A DNA stretch of 64,000 nucleotides from an uncultured delta proteobacterium (GCA_963845145.1 CAWJQU010000004.1:448001-512000), one strand, 5' to 3'. Counted from the stretch's first letter, positions 27,608-37,628 are shown. The notes: generated by a model not told the origin, from the sequence alone. Program-made: numbers and translations.

Positions 27608-28730
27608 GTATCAATTGGTATGAGCTGTTTCGCGGTCCGCTGCTGACGGTGGTCCTGATTGTGGTTGCGGTGCTCCACGTGTATCGTGCCTTTCAATTTT
27701 TCCGTGCCACTGAGCGCCTTTCAAATCGGAAATCGTCGAAAACAAAAACGAAGCCGCATCAGCCGAAACGCTTTCTAAAGCGCCTGCATGAATTTGCAGC
27801 GTTCATTACGGCGAGATTACACAAATTTCGCCTCAATATCCGCAATTCGATTTTCGGCATGAATCCGGTGGCCATCTGGACGGCAGCGGTCTACCATCTG
27901 GTCATTTTTGCTGCGCTGTTTTTCGTCGAGGGCCATAATGTTCTTCTGGACCTGTCATGGGGGGTGAGCCTGCCGTCACTGCCCGAGGGGTTCATGAATG
28001 ATTTGACCATGATTTTTCTGGGGATCACCGTTTTTTATCTGATACGTCGGGGCGCTCAAGGCGCGTTTCGTTTTCCGATCATTGCCAAAGACTATCTGGC
28101 TATTTTGATTACAGCGGCACCTTTTGCAACCGGACTGGTGGCGTATCAACAATGGTTCGATTACGATGTGGTGATCATTTTGCATATGGCCAGCGGCCTG
28201 CTTTTTTTCTAATGCTGCCGTTTTCCAAGATGGGGCACCTGATCTTTTTTATATTCGGACGATTTTTTCTTGATAGTGAATTAAATCTGGGAGGGGCGAG
28301 GCGCGTCTGGAAAACCGATTTTCCCATCGGGAAATTGCCGCAACCAGTCACGGAAAAAACCGATGCCGTCGATTCCGAGTATATTCGATATCTGCTTAAA
28401 CACAAAAAAACCCAGATGAAAGTCATGATGATGTTTTGCTCCCGCTGCAGTAATTGCGCCCGGAGCTGTTTTTTGTACAACAAAACCGGCGATCCATCAT
28501 ACATCCCATCCCATAAAGTATTTAACTCGATCGGGAAGTTATATCGTAAACGCGGCCGTGTGAACCGCGAAGAACTCGAAGAAATACGTGAAGCGGTGTG
28601 GGACAAATGCGTATTGTGTGAACGCTGTTATTGTCCAGTCGGTATTAAAATACCAGATATGATTGCCTTTGGCCGGGACATTTGCCGTTCCCAAGGAGTT
28701 TGCAGGACCTATGATTCGTTTGATAATTAA
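27604..28730 (+). CDS. TmcC/NarI-like membrane subunit fused to a TmcB-like 4Fe-4S dicluster domain; frameshifted at T7 (28202-28208)
   Basis: TM helices with YHLVIF, EGHN and LHMASG. Adding one T gives LFFLMLPFSKMGH, continuing into CSRCSNCARSC and CVLCERCYCP. Confidence 0.72.
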
Positions 28731-29142
28731 CCGGTCGATTCGGACGGCACGATGGGTGCTGCCGGCACTGATAGTCGTGGCGCTAGTGGTTTTTTGGCCA
28801 TTGGCCCCCATTTTTTCGCAATCTGACGAGATGCTTATCGACAATCCGTCCAACAGCCTGAAAAAATCCCGACCCGGGGTTGATTTTCCCCATACGCTTC
28901 ACATGGATTCCCATGATTGTCTGGAATGTCACCATGATTACCAGAATGGTGAGAATGTACTGGAAGAAGACGATCTGGATGAGGACGGCTCGGCATCGTG
29001 TAGCGCGTGTCACGATGCATCGGCATCCATCGGGTTGAAAACGGCCTACCATCGTCAATGCATTAAGTGCCACAGGACCTTAAACGAGCAGCCGGACACC
29101 GACCTGCCGATATCCTGTGGCAATTGCCATCCGAAAAATTAG
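28711..29142 (+). CDS. Tetraheme class III cytochrome c3 (TmcA-like)
   Basis: Signal/TM segment; FPHTLH; four CxxCH: CLECH, CSACH, CIKCH, CGNCH. Confidence 0.88.
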   Translation: MIRLIINRSIRTARWVLPALIVVALVVFWPLAPIFSQSDEMLIDNPSNSLKKSRPGVDFPHTLHMDSHDCLECHHDYQNGENVLEEDDLDEDGSASCSACHDASASIGLKTAYHRQCIKCHRTLNEQPDTDLPISCGNCHPKN

Positions 29143-29181
29143 TTCCCCCCATCAACCCAACCATCAAAAAGGAGACGCACC

Positions 29182-30486
29182 ATGTTTTGTTACCAATGTG
29201 AAATGGCTATGGAAAACGGATGCGGCAGCAATGGTGCAACCACGGGGACCTGCGGCAAAACCGATACGATTGCCCGGCTACAGGATGTGATCATTTTCGG
29301 ATTAAAAGGGATCGCGGCTTATCGCTATCTGGCCAATACACTGGGGGCGGACTGCAAAGAAGTCGATGACGTGAGCCAGGAAGCACTTTACTTTACGTTG
29401 ACCAACGTCAATTTTAACAAAGAGGACCATATTAAGATGCTCATGAAAGTGGGCGGTGCCACCATGAAAATTATGGAAATTCTGGATGCGGTCCATCGAG
29501 ATCAGTTCGGCACCCCGACACCCGTTACGGTATCCCAGAATAAGGCCCAAGGCCACTCAATCCTGATGAGTGGGCATGACCTACTGGCCATGAAGCATCT
29601 GCTGGAGCAAACCGAAGGTCAAAATATCAATGTCTATACCCATTCCGAAATGCTACCGGCCCATGGGTACCCGGAGTTGCGGAAATTCGCCCACCTCAAA
29701 GGAAACATCGGCGGATCATGGACCGATCAAAATCGGACCTTCGACGACTTTCCCGGTCCGGTAGTGGTCAGTACCAATTGTATTGTTCCCATAAAGAAAG
29801 CCACCCACTATAAAGAGCGGTTGTTCGCTACCGGTAACGTGGCCATTAATGAATCCAAAAAGATTGTCGATTTTGATTTTTCGGAAGTGATTGAATTGGC
29901 CAAAGCCCTCCCTAAAGCGCAGATGGCTTCCGATGCCATCGTATCCACCGGTCATAGCTGGAATGCGATTTTGGATAAGCCCGACATGATCGCAGATGCC
30001 ATCAAGGATGGAAAAATCAGCCGGGTTTTTATCATCGCCGGTTGCGATGCCCCGGGATCAGGGGGAAACTACTATCGCGAGTTGGCGCTCAGCCTGCCCG
30101 ACGATTGTATCATTCTCACTTCTTCCTGCGGGAAATTTCGTTTCAATGACCATGATTTTGGGACCATTGCCAACACCGACATCCCGCGATATCTCGATCT
30201 GGGACAGTGCAATGATTCCGGAGGGGCCGTTCAGGTAACATCATCCCTGGCCAAGGCCGCCGGTTGCAGCCTAAATGACCTGCCGGTGACCATCGTACTA
30301 TCCTGGATGGAACAAAAGGCGGTCGCCATTCTTCTGGGGCTGCTAAACATGGGCATCAAGGATATCTGGCTAGGCCCGAAACCACCGGTGTTCGGTAACC
30401 TGGAAGTCTACAACATGTTCCTGGATGATTTTCACATGAACCTGACCTACAAGGTGGACGAGGATCTTAAAAGGATGTTGGTCTAG
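29182..30486 (+). CDS. hcp: Hybrid cluster protein (short form)
   Basis: MFCYQCE..GC..GTCGK, SGHDL, YTHSEMLPAHGYP, GCDA, CGKFRFN, DLGQCNDS, LSWMEQKAV. Confidence 0.93.
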   Translation: MFCYQCEMAMENGCGSNGATTGTCGKTDTIARLQDVIIFGLKGIAAYRYLANTLGADCKEVDDVSQEALYFTLTNVNFNKEDHIKMLMKVGGATMKIMEILDAVHRDQFGTPTPVTVSQNKAQGHSILMSGHDLLAMKHLLEQTEGQNINVYTHSEMLPAHGYPELRKFAHLKGNIGGSWTDQNRTFDDFPGPVVVSTNCIVPIKKATHYKERLFATGNVAINESKKIVDFDFSEVIELAKALPKAQMASDAIVSTGHSWNAILDKPDMIADAIKDGKISRVFIIAGCDAPGSGGNYYRELALSLPDDCIILTSSCGKFRFNDHDFGTIANTDIPRYLDLGQCNDSGGAVQVTSSLAKAAGCSLNDLPVTIVLSWMEQKAVAILLGLLNMGIKDIWLGPKPPVFGNLEVYNMFLDDFHMNLTYKVDEDLKRMLV

Positions 30487-30539
30487 GTTTTTTTTAAGTC
30501 ACCTCAATAAGTCGAAATGAAGTAATTCGGGAAAACTTT

Positions 30540-31268
30540 ATGCCTTATTACTGCTCTAACTGTGGTGCCACAGGATATGCACTTTTCTGTTACAAATGTG
30601 GTGCCAACACAACACCCGACACTGAATCTTCAACAGATGAAAATAATACCAAAAATCCCAATGGTATTTGTACTTCCGGTCACGAGTCGAGCTGTACAGG
30701 GTGTACTATTTCAGGTAAATTAAAATGTAGATTTAGCTTTTTTGATTGGTTCAAATTTATTTTATTATTTTCCGTATTTTTGGTACCCGGATTAATAGGG
30801 ATGAATCGTGGAGGTTACGCTAACCAGATTGCATGGATGTTTGTTTTCTGGGTATTATTTTTTGGTTTCTGGGAGATTAAAATTTTATGCAGTCATTGTC
30901 CCTACTATGCCAAAGAGGGCTTTATCCTGGAATGCCATGCGAATGCCGGATGTCCGAAACTCTGGAAATATAATCCGGCACCTATAAACAGGTGGGAGAA
31001 GTTTCAACTTATAATAGGCTTTGGCATTCTTTTTGGTTTTCCTATATATTTTTCCATAATTGGGGAGCAATACTTATGGGCAGGACTTGCTGCACTTGGA
31101 ACGATTCTATTTTTTGTAATACTAGGAAGAAATACCTGTTCAAAATGCGTTAATTTTTCTTGTCTTTTTAACCGGGTCCCAAAGGAAGTGGTTGATGAGT
31201 ATTTAAAGAAAAACGAAGTAATGAGAAAGGCGTGGGAAGAAGCAGGGTATAAAATAGGAAATGATTAA
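30540..31268 (+). CDS. Cys-rich membrane protein with an N-terminal zinc-ribbon-like segment
   Basis: CSNC..CYKC; four TM helices; CSHCPYY, CSKCVNFSC. Confidence 0.7.
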   Translation: MPYYCSNCGATGYALFCYKCGANTTPDTESSTDENNTKNPNGICTSGHESSCTGCTISGKLKCRFSFFDWFKFILLFSVFLVPGLIGMNRGGYANQIAWMFVFWVLFFGFWEIKILCSHCPYYAKEGFILECHANAGCPKLWKYNPAPINRWEKFQLIIGFGILFGFPIYFSIIGEQYLWAGLAALGTILFFVILGRNTCSKCVNFSCLFNRVPKEVVDEYLKKNEVMRKAWEEAGYKIGND

Positions 31269-31761
31269 TGCCCTCCCGTCTTGGGCGGGGGTAAACTAAT
31301 TAAAATTAAGGCGATTAAGGCAAACAGCAATTAACAACTTGCTTTCGTTGACCACGAGGGTGAGCATTGCGTTCGACCGTATACCTGACTTCTGAGTTGT
31401 ATGACATAGGCTTATTTATATTTTCAAAACCTTGAGTATCTAAAACAATCTTGTAAATATCGAGGCCCTTAAAAACCACCGATCTGTGGGAATATTCACA
31501 ATTGACCAATTCTTGCAGGAGTAATCGGTTTCGTGGTACGGTGGAGATGTCCAAAAGATATCGGCAATAATACAAAAAAATACAGTTTGTTGCGGTTGTC
31601 TCAAATAAATCTGCACCGGGTTATATCGGGTTTCCGGTAAACACACCGCCTTTTGGTGTGGATTACATTCCGAAGGTGATGATATCCAGCCCCCTATAAT
31701 CACTTGTTTGTGTTCAAAGTGTCCAGAGTGAAAAGTCTTTCAAGCGAACTTGGAGTGTCAT

Positions 31762-31947
31762 ATGACAGATAAAAAATACGACAAAAGTACATGGGCTATT
31801 GGTGGTGGAGTACTAATGGGCACTGGTGTTGGATTATTTTTTCTTCAGACATCTGCTTTGGCGTTCGTAGGATCTATCTTGGCTGGCCTGGGTCTAGGCT
31901 TGGTAGTTACCGCCATTATATCAAGCAGAAGTAACATAAACACATAA
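31762..31947 (+). CDS. Small two-TM protein, integron gene cassette ORF
   Basis: GGAG RBS; Gly-rich TM helices; the stop TAA lies inside the ACATAAC inverse core site. Confidence 0.65.
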   Translation: MTDKKYDKSTWAIGGGVLMGTGVGLFFLQTSALAFVGSILAGLGLGLVVTAIISSRSNINT

Positions 31948-32208
31948 CAAGGCACCGAACTATTTGCTTTACGGGCAAGAAATCGCTGCTGCTCGTCGGT
32001 TAGCTTTACCCTAACGTTGCATAAAAATGGGTCCAAAACCGTTTTACTCGCACTATCTTAAGGCCCCTGCGGTGAGATTCTCCATTTTCAAGATCTCACC
32101 GTATGTTGAATACGGTTTCAACCTTGAAAATAGAGAATCTAACCGCAATGACCTAACCTATCGCGTTTTGATCTCAATTTTTATGCAACGTTAGGGTTTA
32201 CGTTAAAC
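31942..32208 (+). other. attC site interrupted by a MITE
   Basis: Removing the MITE and one TTTA restores ACATAAC...GGTTAGCTTTAC-GTTAAAC. Confidence 0.65.
32009..32196. mobile_element. 188-bp MITE
   Basis: Perfect 20-bp IR CCCTAACGTTGCATAAAAAT / ATTTTTATGCAACGTTAGGG; TTTA direct repeats at 32005-32008 and 32197-32200; long internal imperfect palindrome. Confidence 0.9.
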
Positions 32209-32385
32209 TGTGATTTCTTTCAATCAATCAAACCGCAACAGAATTAAGGGTTGAGCGGATACCCCCGCCGTAAACGAGGTCAGTAAAATAATCGAAAGCT
32301 GAAAAGCGGATTTGATATTGAAACAACATGTAAATATTATTAATTCAATTTTTTACGGTATTATAATCATTACGTCAAATAATAG

Positions 32386-32670
32386 ATGGGTGCCAATGCG
32401 ATGATACGCAAACTCACAATTATGGATGTGATAAAAGGACTTTTGTTCTGCTTTGTAATGCTCCTTTTTATGGGATTTTTTTTCGTTATCGTTAAACTGG
32501 TTATTGAAGATAACATTTTTAATATAGAGAATCCATTGTATGCAATAATCGGTGGGGGACTATTTCTTATTATTTTTGGTCTTATTATTGGTTTCTCAAG
32601 GGTTAGACAAGCGGGTTACACAAAAAACATCCTTGCAGAACTACTAAAAATCATGAAGAGTAAAAAATAA
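32386..32670 (+). CDS. Hypothetical small membrane protein
   Basis: Two hydrophobic helices; AT-rich. Confidence 0.5.
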   Translation: MGANAMIRKLTIMDVIKGLLFCFVMLLFMGFFFVIVKLVIEDNIFNIENPLYAIIGGGLFLIIFGLIIGFSRVRQAGYTKNILAELLKIMKSKK

Positions 32671-32801
32671 CTTCATGTCTGGTAAATGTTATTCTCCCAA
32701 TCCTGGGGATGACTCATCAACGGTGAAACGGGATTCTGAAAAGCTCTGATAGCATGCTATCGTCATGCTATTGTGCGATGTTTTTAAGCAGCTCTTTTCT
32801 C

Positions 32802-32839
32802 TTGACAAATCGTATACTATTATATGAATATATTATTCA
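32802..32839 (+). promoter_or_regulatory. Candidate promoter/operator of acdS-gntR
   Basis: TTGACA at 32802; palindrome TGAATA-TAT-TATTCA at 32825-32839. Confidence 0.4.
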
Positions 32840-32867
32840 CTGTATAACTCAATATTGGAGGCTTCCG

Positions 32868-33881
32868 ATGCTGAACCATTTTGAACGCTATCCACTCATG
32901 TTTGGCCCTACACCCATTGAGAAACTGGATCGGTTGTCGAACTTTCTCGGCGGTAAGGTCGATATTTATGCCAAACGGGAGGATTGCAACTCCGGACTCG
33001 CATTTGGCGGTAACAAGATTCGCAAGCTCGAATATATCGTTCCCGATGCGATTGCCTCAAATGCGGATACGCTGGTTTCAATTGGCGGCGTTCAGTCCAA
33101 CCACACCCGCCAGGTTGCGGCGGTCGCTGCTAAAATCGGCATGAAATGCCACCTTGTGCAGGAAAGCTGGGTGCCATTTCCGGATACGGTTTACGATCGG
33201 GTGGGGAACATCCTGATGAGCCGTCTGATGGGCGCGAAGATCGATTTCGTTGACGAAGGCTTCGATATCGGCATTCGTAAAAGCTGGGAGCGGGCATTGG
33301 AAGAGGTAAAGGCGAAAGGCGGAAAGCCCTATGCTATTCCAGCCGGCGCCTCCGTTCACAAACTCGGCGGTCTCGGCTATGTCGGTTTTGCTGAAGAAGT
33401 GCGACAACAGGAAGCGGACCTTGGCATTTCATTCGACTATATCATCGTTTGCACGGTAACCGGGTCCACCCACGCCGGAATGGTGGTTGGCTTTGCAAAG
33501 GATGGCCGTGCCGACCATGTGATCGGTATCGACGCCTCAGCCACGCCCGAACAAACAAAGGCTCAAGTCCTGGCGATTGCCGAGAAAACGGCGGATTTGG
33601 TAGCGCTTGGCCGCGATATCACGGATGATGATGTGGTCCTAATGGAGGACTACGCCTATCCGGCCTATGGTATTCCGTCCGAAGAGACCAATGAAGCCAT
33701 TCGGCTGTGTGCCCGTATGGAAGGCATGATAACCGACCCGGTCTATGAGGGGAAATCCATGCAGGGCCTGATTGATCTCATCAAAAAGGGTTTTTTCCCG
33801 GATAAATCCAAGGTCCTCTATGCCCATCTGGGCGGTGTGCCGGCCATAAACGCTTATAGCTATATTTATCGAAATGGATAA
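32868..33881 (+). CDS. acdS: 1-aminocyclopropane-1-carboxylate deaminase
   Basis: [67 protein letters not shown] before the ATG at 32868. Confidence 0.93.
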   Translation: MLNHFERYPLMFGPTPIEKLDRLSNFLGGKVDIYAKREDCNSGLAFGGNKIRKLEYIVPDAIASNADTLVSIGGVQSNHTRQVAAVAAKIGMKCHLVQESWVPFPDTVYDRVGNILMSRLMGAKIDFVDEGFDIGIRKSWERALEEVKAKGGKPYAIPAGASVHKLGGLGYVGFAEEVRQQEADLGISFDYIIVCTVTGSTHAGMVVGFAKDGRADHVIGIDASATPEQTKAQVLAIAEKTADLVALGRDITDDDVVLMEDYAYPAYGIPSEETNEAIRLCARMEGMITDPVYEGKSMQGLIDLIKKGFFPDKSKVLYAHLGGVPAINAYSYIYRNG

Positions 33882-33908
33882 GGCTGAAAATAGGTTGACT
33901 TACGAGCC

Positions 33909-34568
33909 ATGAACAATCAACCCTCACTGTATCAAAAGAGTCCCGGGAATACACCGGAATTTATCGCCAATGCATTGCGCGATGCCATTTTGCAAGGCCG
34001 CTATAAGGCCAATCAGCCGCTTCGCCAGGACCCCATCGCCGAGGAATTGGGCGTTAGCAAAATTCCGTTGCGCGAGGCGCTTGTGCAACTGAAAGCCGAA
34101 GGCCTGGTAACATTTATGCCGAAACGGGGTGCCGTCGTATCCGCGTTGTCGGCGAATGAAGTGGAAGAGATATATGCCATGCGGATCGCGCTGGAATCCG
34201 TGGCGATTGAAAAAGCCATTCCCCGTTTGACCACGGCCGATTTAATTCGGGCCAAAAGTGTTTTGGAAATCATTGATAGTGAAACAGATAAGGGGCAATG
34301 GGGGGCGCTGAATTGGGAATATCACGCGACGCTATACCAGGCCGCACAAATGCCTTTTTTGTTGAATACGATCCAACAGTTGCACAATAATGTCTCCAGG
34401 TATCTCATCATTTATCTGGACCGATTATCCGCCTCAGAAATATCCCAGGGTGAGCACTGGGATCTACTTCATGCCTGCCGCGAGAAAGATGTCGCTCTTG
34501 CGCTGACTATTTTAAGCAAACATCTCAGGCAAGCTTCGGAGCGTCTAACGGCCTATCTTCTTTCCTGA
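33909..34568 (+). CDS. GntR (FCD) family regulator
   Basis: LRDAILQG..LGVSKIPLREAL..L.AEGLV; NWEYH and EH in the FCD domain. Confidence 0.9.
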   Translation: MNNQPSLYQKSPGNTPEFIANALRDAILQGRYKANQPLRQDPIAEELGVSKIPLREALVQLKAEGLVTFMPKRGAVVSALSANEVEEIYAMRIALESVAIEKAIPRLTTADLIRAKSVLEIIDSETDKGQWGALNWEYHATLYQAAQMPFLLNTIQQLHNNVSRYLIIYLDRLSASEISQGEHWDLLHACREKDVALALTILSKHLRQASERLTAYLLS

Positions 34569-34705
34569 TCAATCGCTTCGGGCTTGCACCAATGATGTTT
34601 TCTGGATATAAAAATCGCTCAGGCAGAAGATTTACTATTTGTTGTGACTTCAACCCCACCGAGTCATGGCGATCGTATTGAGGTACTTCGGGTTAAGGAG
34701 TAGAC

Positions 34706-35824
34706 ATGATCAAGACCCAACCATTTGCCCTGGAGCGCTACTTTGACCGGCATGAGTTTTCGGCCAAATATCTGCTCTCTTGCTCCGACTGCGAACCGTT
34801 GACCCTTAAGGCGCTTTTGGCATTGGCCGACCCCGAAAGTCGAGAATTGTGGAACGATTTGACCCTGGCCTATACCGAAACAACCGGGCTACCAGCCCTG
34901 CGCGAGGCCATTGCCCAGAGTTACCAGGGTATTGAACCGGATAACATCGTGGTGATGGCCCCGGAGGAGGGCGTTTTTTTGTTTATGCAGACGCTTCTTC
35001 AGCCCGGTGACCATGTCGTCTGCACCTTTCCGGGTTACCAGTCCCTGTATGAATTGGCCCGTGCTTCGGGTTGCGAGGTCTCTTTGTGGGCCCTTGAAGA
35101 GGAGAACGGCTGGCATTTGGATCTGGATTCCCTGGCGCACATGCTTCGGGACAACACCAAGCTGGTGGTGGTCAATTTTCCCCACAACCCCACAGGTTAT
35201 CAGCCCTCACATGATGAGATGACTGCAATCGTTGATCTTGTGCGTCGCAACGGTGCCTATCTTTTTTCAGACGAGATGTATCGGTTCCTGTCGTTTGATG
35301 GTGAGGTGGCCCTACCGGCGGGTTGCGAGATGTACGAAAAGGCGGTGTCGCTTTCCGGGTTGTCGAAATCTTTCGGTCTGCCCGGCCTGCGGCTAGGTTG
35401 GCTGGCCACCCGGGACAGGGGTCTTTTGCAGCGGGTGTCGGGGTTAAAGGATTATACCACCATCTGCAACAGTGCCCCCAGCGAAGTCCTCGGCCTTATG
35501 GCATTGCGCGCTCGAGACCGGATTGTTGCCGGGCATTTAGACTGCATCCAACGCAACTTGGCTGTGCTGGACAATTTTATGCAGACCCACGCGCACTTTT
35601 TTCAATGGCTCCGGCCACAGGGAGGCTCCATTTGTTTTCCACGCATGCTCATCGATCAGGATACCCACACTTTTTGCGAATCCCTGGTTGAAAAAACCGG
35701 TATTATGCTGGTACCCTCGGCCCTGTTTGACTTCGGTGATGACCATGTCCGTATCGGTTATGGACGTGACAACTTTCCCGATGTTTTGAATCGGCTATCA
35801 GAATATCTTGCCGTCTGGCGATAG
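34706..35824 (+). CDS. PLP-dependent class I/II aminotransferase
   Basis: NFPHNPTG, SDEMY, GLSKSFGLPGLRLGW, VRIGYG. Confidence 0.9.
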   Translation: MIKTQPFALERYFDRHEFSAKYLLSCSDCEPLTLKALLALADPESRELWNDLTLAYTETTGLPALREAIAQSYQGIEPDNIVVMAPEEGVFLFMQTLLQPGDHVVCTFPGYQSLYELARASGCEVSLWALEEENGWHLDLDSLAHMLRDNTKLVVVNFPHNPTGYQPSHDEMTAIVDLVRRNGAYLFSDEMYRFLSFDGEVALPAGCEMYEKAVSLSGLSKSFGLPGLRLGWLATRDRGLLQRVSGLKDYTTICNSAPSEVLGLMALRARDRIVAGHLDCIQRNLAVLDNFMQTHAHFFQWLRPQGGSICFPRMLIDQDTHTFCESLVEKTGIMLVPSALFDFGDDHVRIGYGRDNFPDVLNRLSEYLAVWR

Positions 35825-35839
35825 TACCCATATTTAAAC

Positions 35840-36898
35840 ATGGCAAAATTATCATTTTTACACATTAAAATTGTCATCATCTGCCTTGTGGCGTCTTGCA
35901 GTTTGTTCTACCAAGTTCCTGCCGCGAGGGGTGAATCGGTCCATATTCACAAATATAAAGGGGCCGACGGAACCTGGCGTTTTACCGATACCTACCCGGA
36001 TACCTCCCAGGATATTGGCCCGGATGCCGACCCGGATATCAATCGGGATACTGATCGGGATACCAATCGGGCCGTGCAGTCCCAGGAAGCCTTAACATCA
36101 ACGCCCCGTCCAAAGATCCGCCTTAGCCGTGAATCGGACGGGCAGGGCGATGTGATTTATGCCCACAATGACTATATGGGGCCTGTAGAAGTGATGGTGC
36201 GGTTTATATCAGCAGAGAATGTCGATATTGTGGATACCGCCATTTTTATGGCAGGTGACCATGATGATGTGCGAAATTATATTTTACCACGAAGCGGAAA
36301 GCAGGCGGTTTTTGCAGTCAAACCAACCAAGTTTTCAAGGCCCTCGCGATATAAATTCACCTACCGCTATTTGCCCGGCGACCCGCGGGCCACTCCCGAC
36401 GATCAATTTAACTATCTCGCGCCCATTGCCCCGGGGGCACGATTTCCAATCACCCAGGCCTTCAACGGCCCATTCAGTCATCAAGGCCGCCACAACCGCT
36501 ATGCCGTGGATATCGCCATGCCGGTTGAGACGCCCATCCATTGTGCCCGGACCGGTATGGTCATGGAAGTGATGGACGACTACTTCTGGGCCGGTAAGAA
36601 CCTCACCTATTATGGGCCTCGGAGTAACCTTATCCGTATCCTTCATGATGACGGTACCATGGCTTTATATGCCCACCTTTGGCGGGGATCAGCCGTTGTA
36701 AAGGCCGGGCAGCGGGTTAACGCCGGGGAAATGATTGCCCGCAGTGGGAATACCGGTTATTCTTCCGGCCCACACCTCCACTTTAGTGTTTTGATCAACC
36801 AGGGCATGGAAGTGGTTTCAGTCCCATTTCAATTCAAAGGGGCTGGCGGGAGCGGTATTACCCCCGTAAGGGGATTCTTTTTGACGCACAATAAATAA
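35840..36898 (+). CDS. M23 family peptidase with an N-terminal DUF4124-like segment
   Basis: Signal peptide; KYKGADGTWRFTD; H..YAVD, YAHL, SGNTGYSSGPHLHF. Confidence 0.88.
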   Translation: MAKLSFLHIKIVIICLVASCSLFYQVPAARGESVHIHKYKGADGTWRFTDTYPDTSQDIGPDADPDINRDTDRDTNRAVQSQEALTSTPRPKIRLSRESDGQGDVIYAHNDYMGPVEVMVRFISAENVDIVDTAIFMAGDHDDVRNYILPRSGKQAVFAVKPTKFSRPSRYKFTYRYLPGDPRATPDDQFNYLAPIAPGARFPITQAFNGPFSHQGRHNRYAVDIAMPVETPIHCARTGMVMEVMDDYFWAGKNLTYYGPRSNLIRILHDDGTMALYAHLWRGSAVVKAGQRVNAGEMIARSGNTGYSSGPHLHFSVLINQGMEVVSVPFQFKGAGGSGITPVRGFFLTHNK

Positions 36899-36927
36899 TC
36901 CCAGGTCATTTCACCCCAAAATGATGT

Positions 36928-36992
36928 TTGACAAAGCAATCGTTTTGTTCCATATATTGTTTCCATCAAATGATGGAAACAATATATGGAAC
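36928..36992 (+). promoter_or_regulatory. Promoter overlapped by a 46-bp palindromic operator
   Basis: TTGACA at 36928; perfect 22-bp arms GTTCCATATATTGTTTCCATCA-aa-TGATGGAAACAATATATGGAAC (36947-36992). Confidence 0.75.
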
Positions 36993-36998
36993 TATCGT

Positions 36999-37628
36999 AT
37001 GGTTACCCCTCTTGAAAAAGCCCGATTAGCGCCAGACTCCATGAAAGCCAAAATTCTGAAAATTGCGCGAAAGGTTTTCGGCGAATATGGATTTCACGGC
37101 ACCACCACCCGAATGATTGCCGAAAAGGTTGGCATTGATATATCGACACTCTATTATCATTGGGGAGAAAAAAGTGATTTGTATGAAGGGGTCATTATTG
37201 ACATCAATGATGATCTTCAAAATAAGCTCGGTGAAGCAGAGAAAATGATCGTCGGCCTTCCATTGGAGGAACGAATGGTGATTGCCATTGATACCATGAC
37301 CGACTACCTTTTCAACCATCCGGAAATATCCAATTTAATCCTCTTTCAATATTTTACAAAAACGAGAAGCAAAGCTCAGTTTGATGTTGAGATACCCAGG
37401 TTTATCTCCGACATTGCCCTTTCGATGGGACTTATAAAAGATAAAAAAGATCCAACAATACAACCCCGCCTACAGGTCCTGGCCATTATGAATGCGATCC
37501 ACAATTTCATTTCCGGTGAAGTGTTCTTTAGATCCATACTTGATGTAGAGAAAAACGCATACGTTCAAGAGGTTAAAAAAACATTGAAACTCATTTTGAT
37601 TCCCGCGTTTACAAAGCCGGTGAAATAA
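36999..37628 (+). CDS. TetR/AcrR family regulator
   Basis: ILKIARKVFGEYGFHGTTTRMIAEKVGIDISTLYYHWGEKSDLY. Confidence 0.9.
   Translation: MVTPLEKARLAPDSMKAKILKIARKVFGEYGFHGTTTRMIAEKVGIDISTLYYHWGEKSDLYEGVIIDINDDLQNKLGEAEKMIVGLPLEERMVIAIDTMTDYLFNHPEISNLILFQYFTKTRSKAQFDVEIPRFISDIALSMGLIKDKKDPTIQPRLQVLAIMNAIHNFISGEVFFRSILDVEKNAYVQEVKKTLKLILIPAFTKPVK

Noticed and set aside
31315..31703. Two overlapping short minus-strand ORFs, possible decayed gene
   Set aside because: No family could be recognised.
36021..36070. 12-bp repeats inside the M23 gene
   Set aside because: In-frame low-complexity linker (PDADPDINRDTDRDTNR); ordinary.
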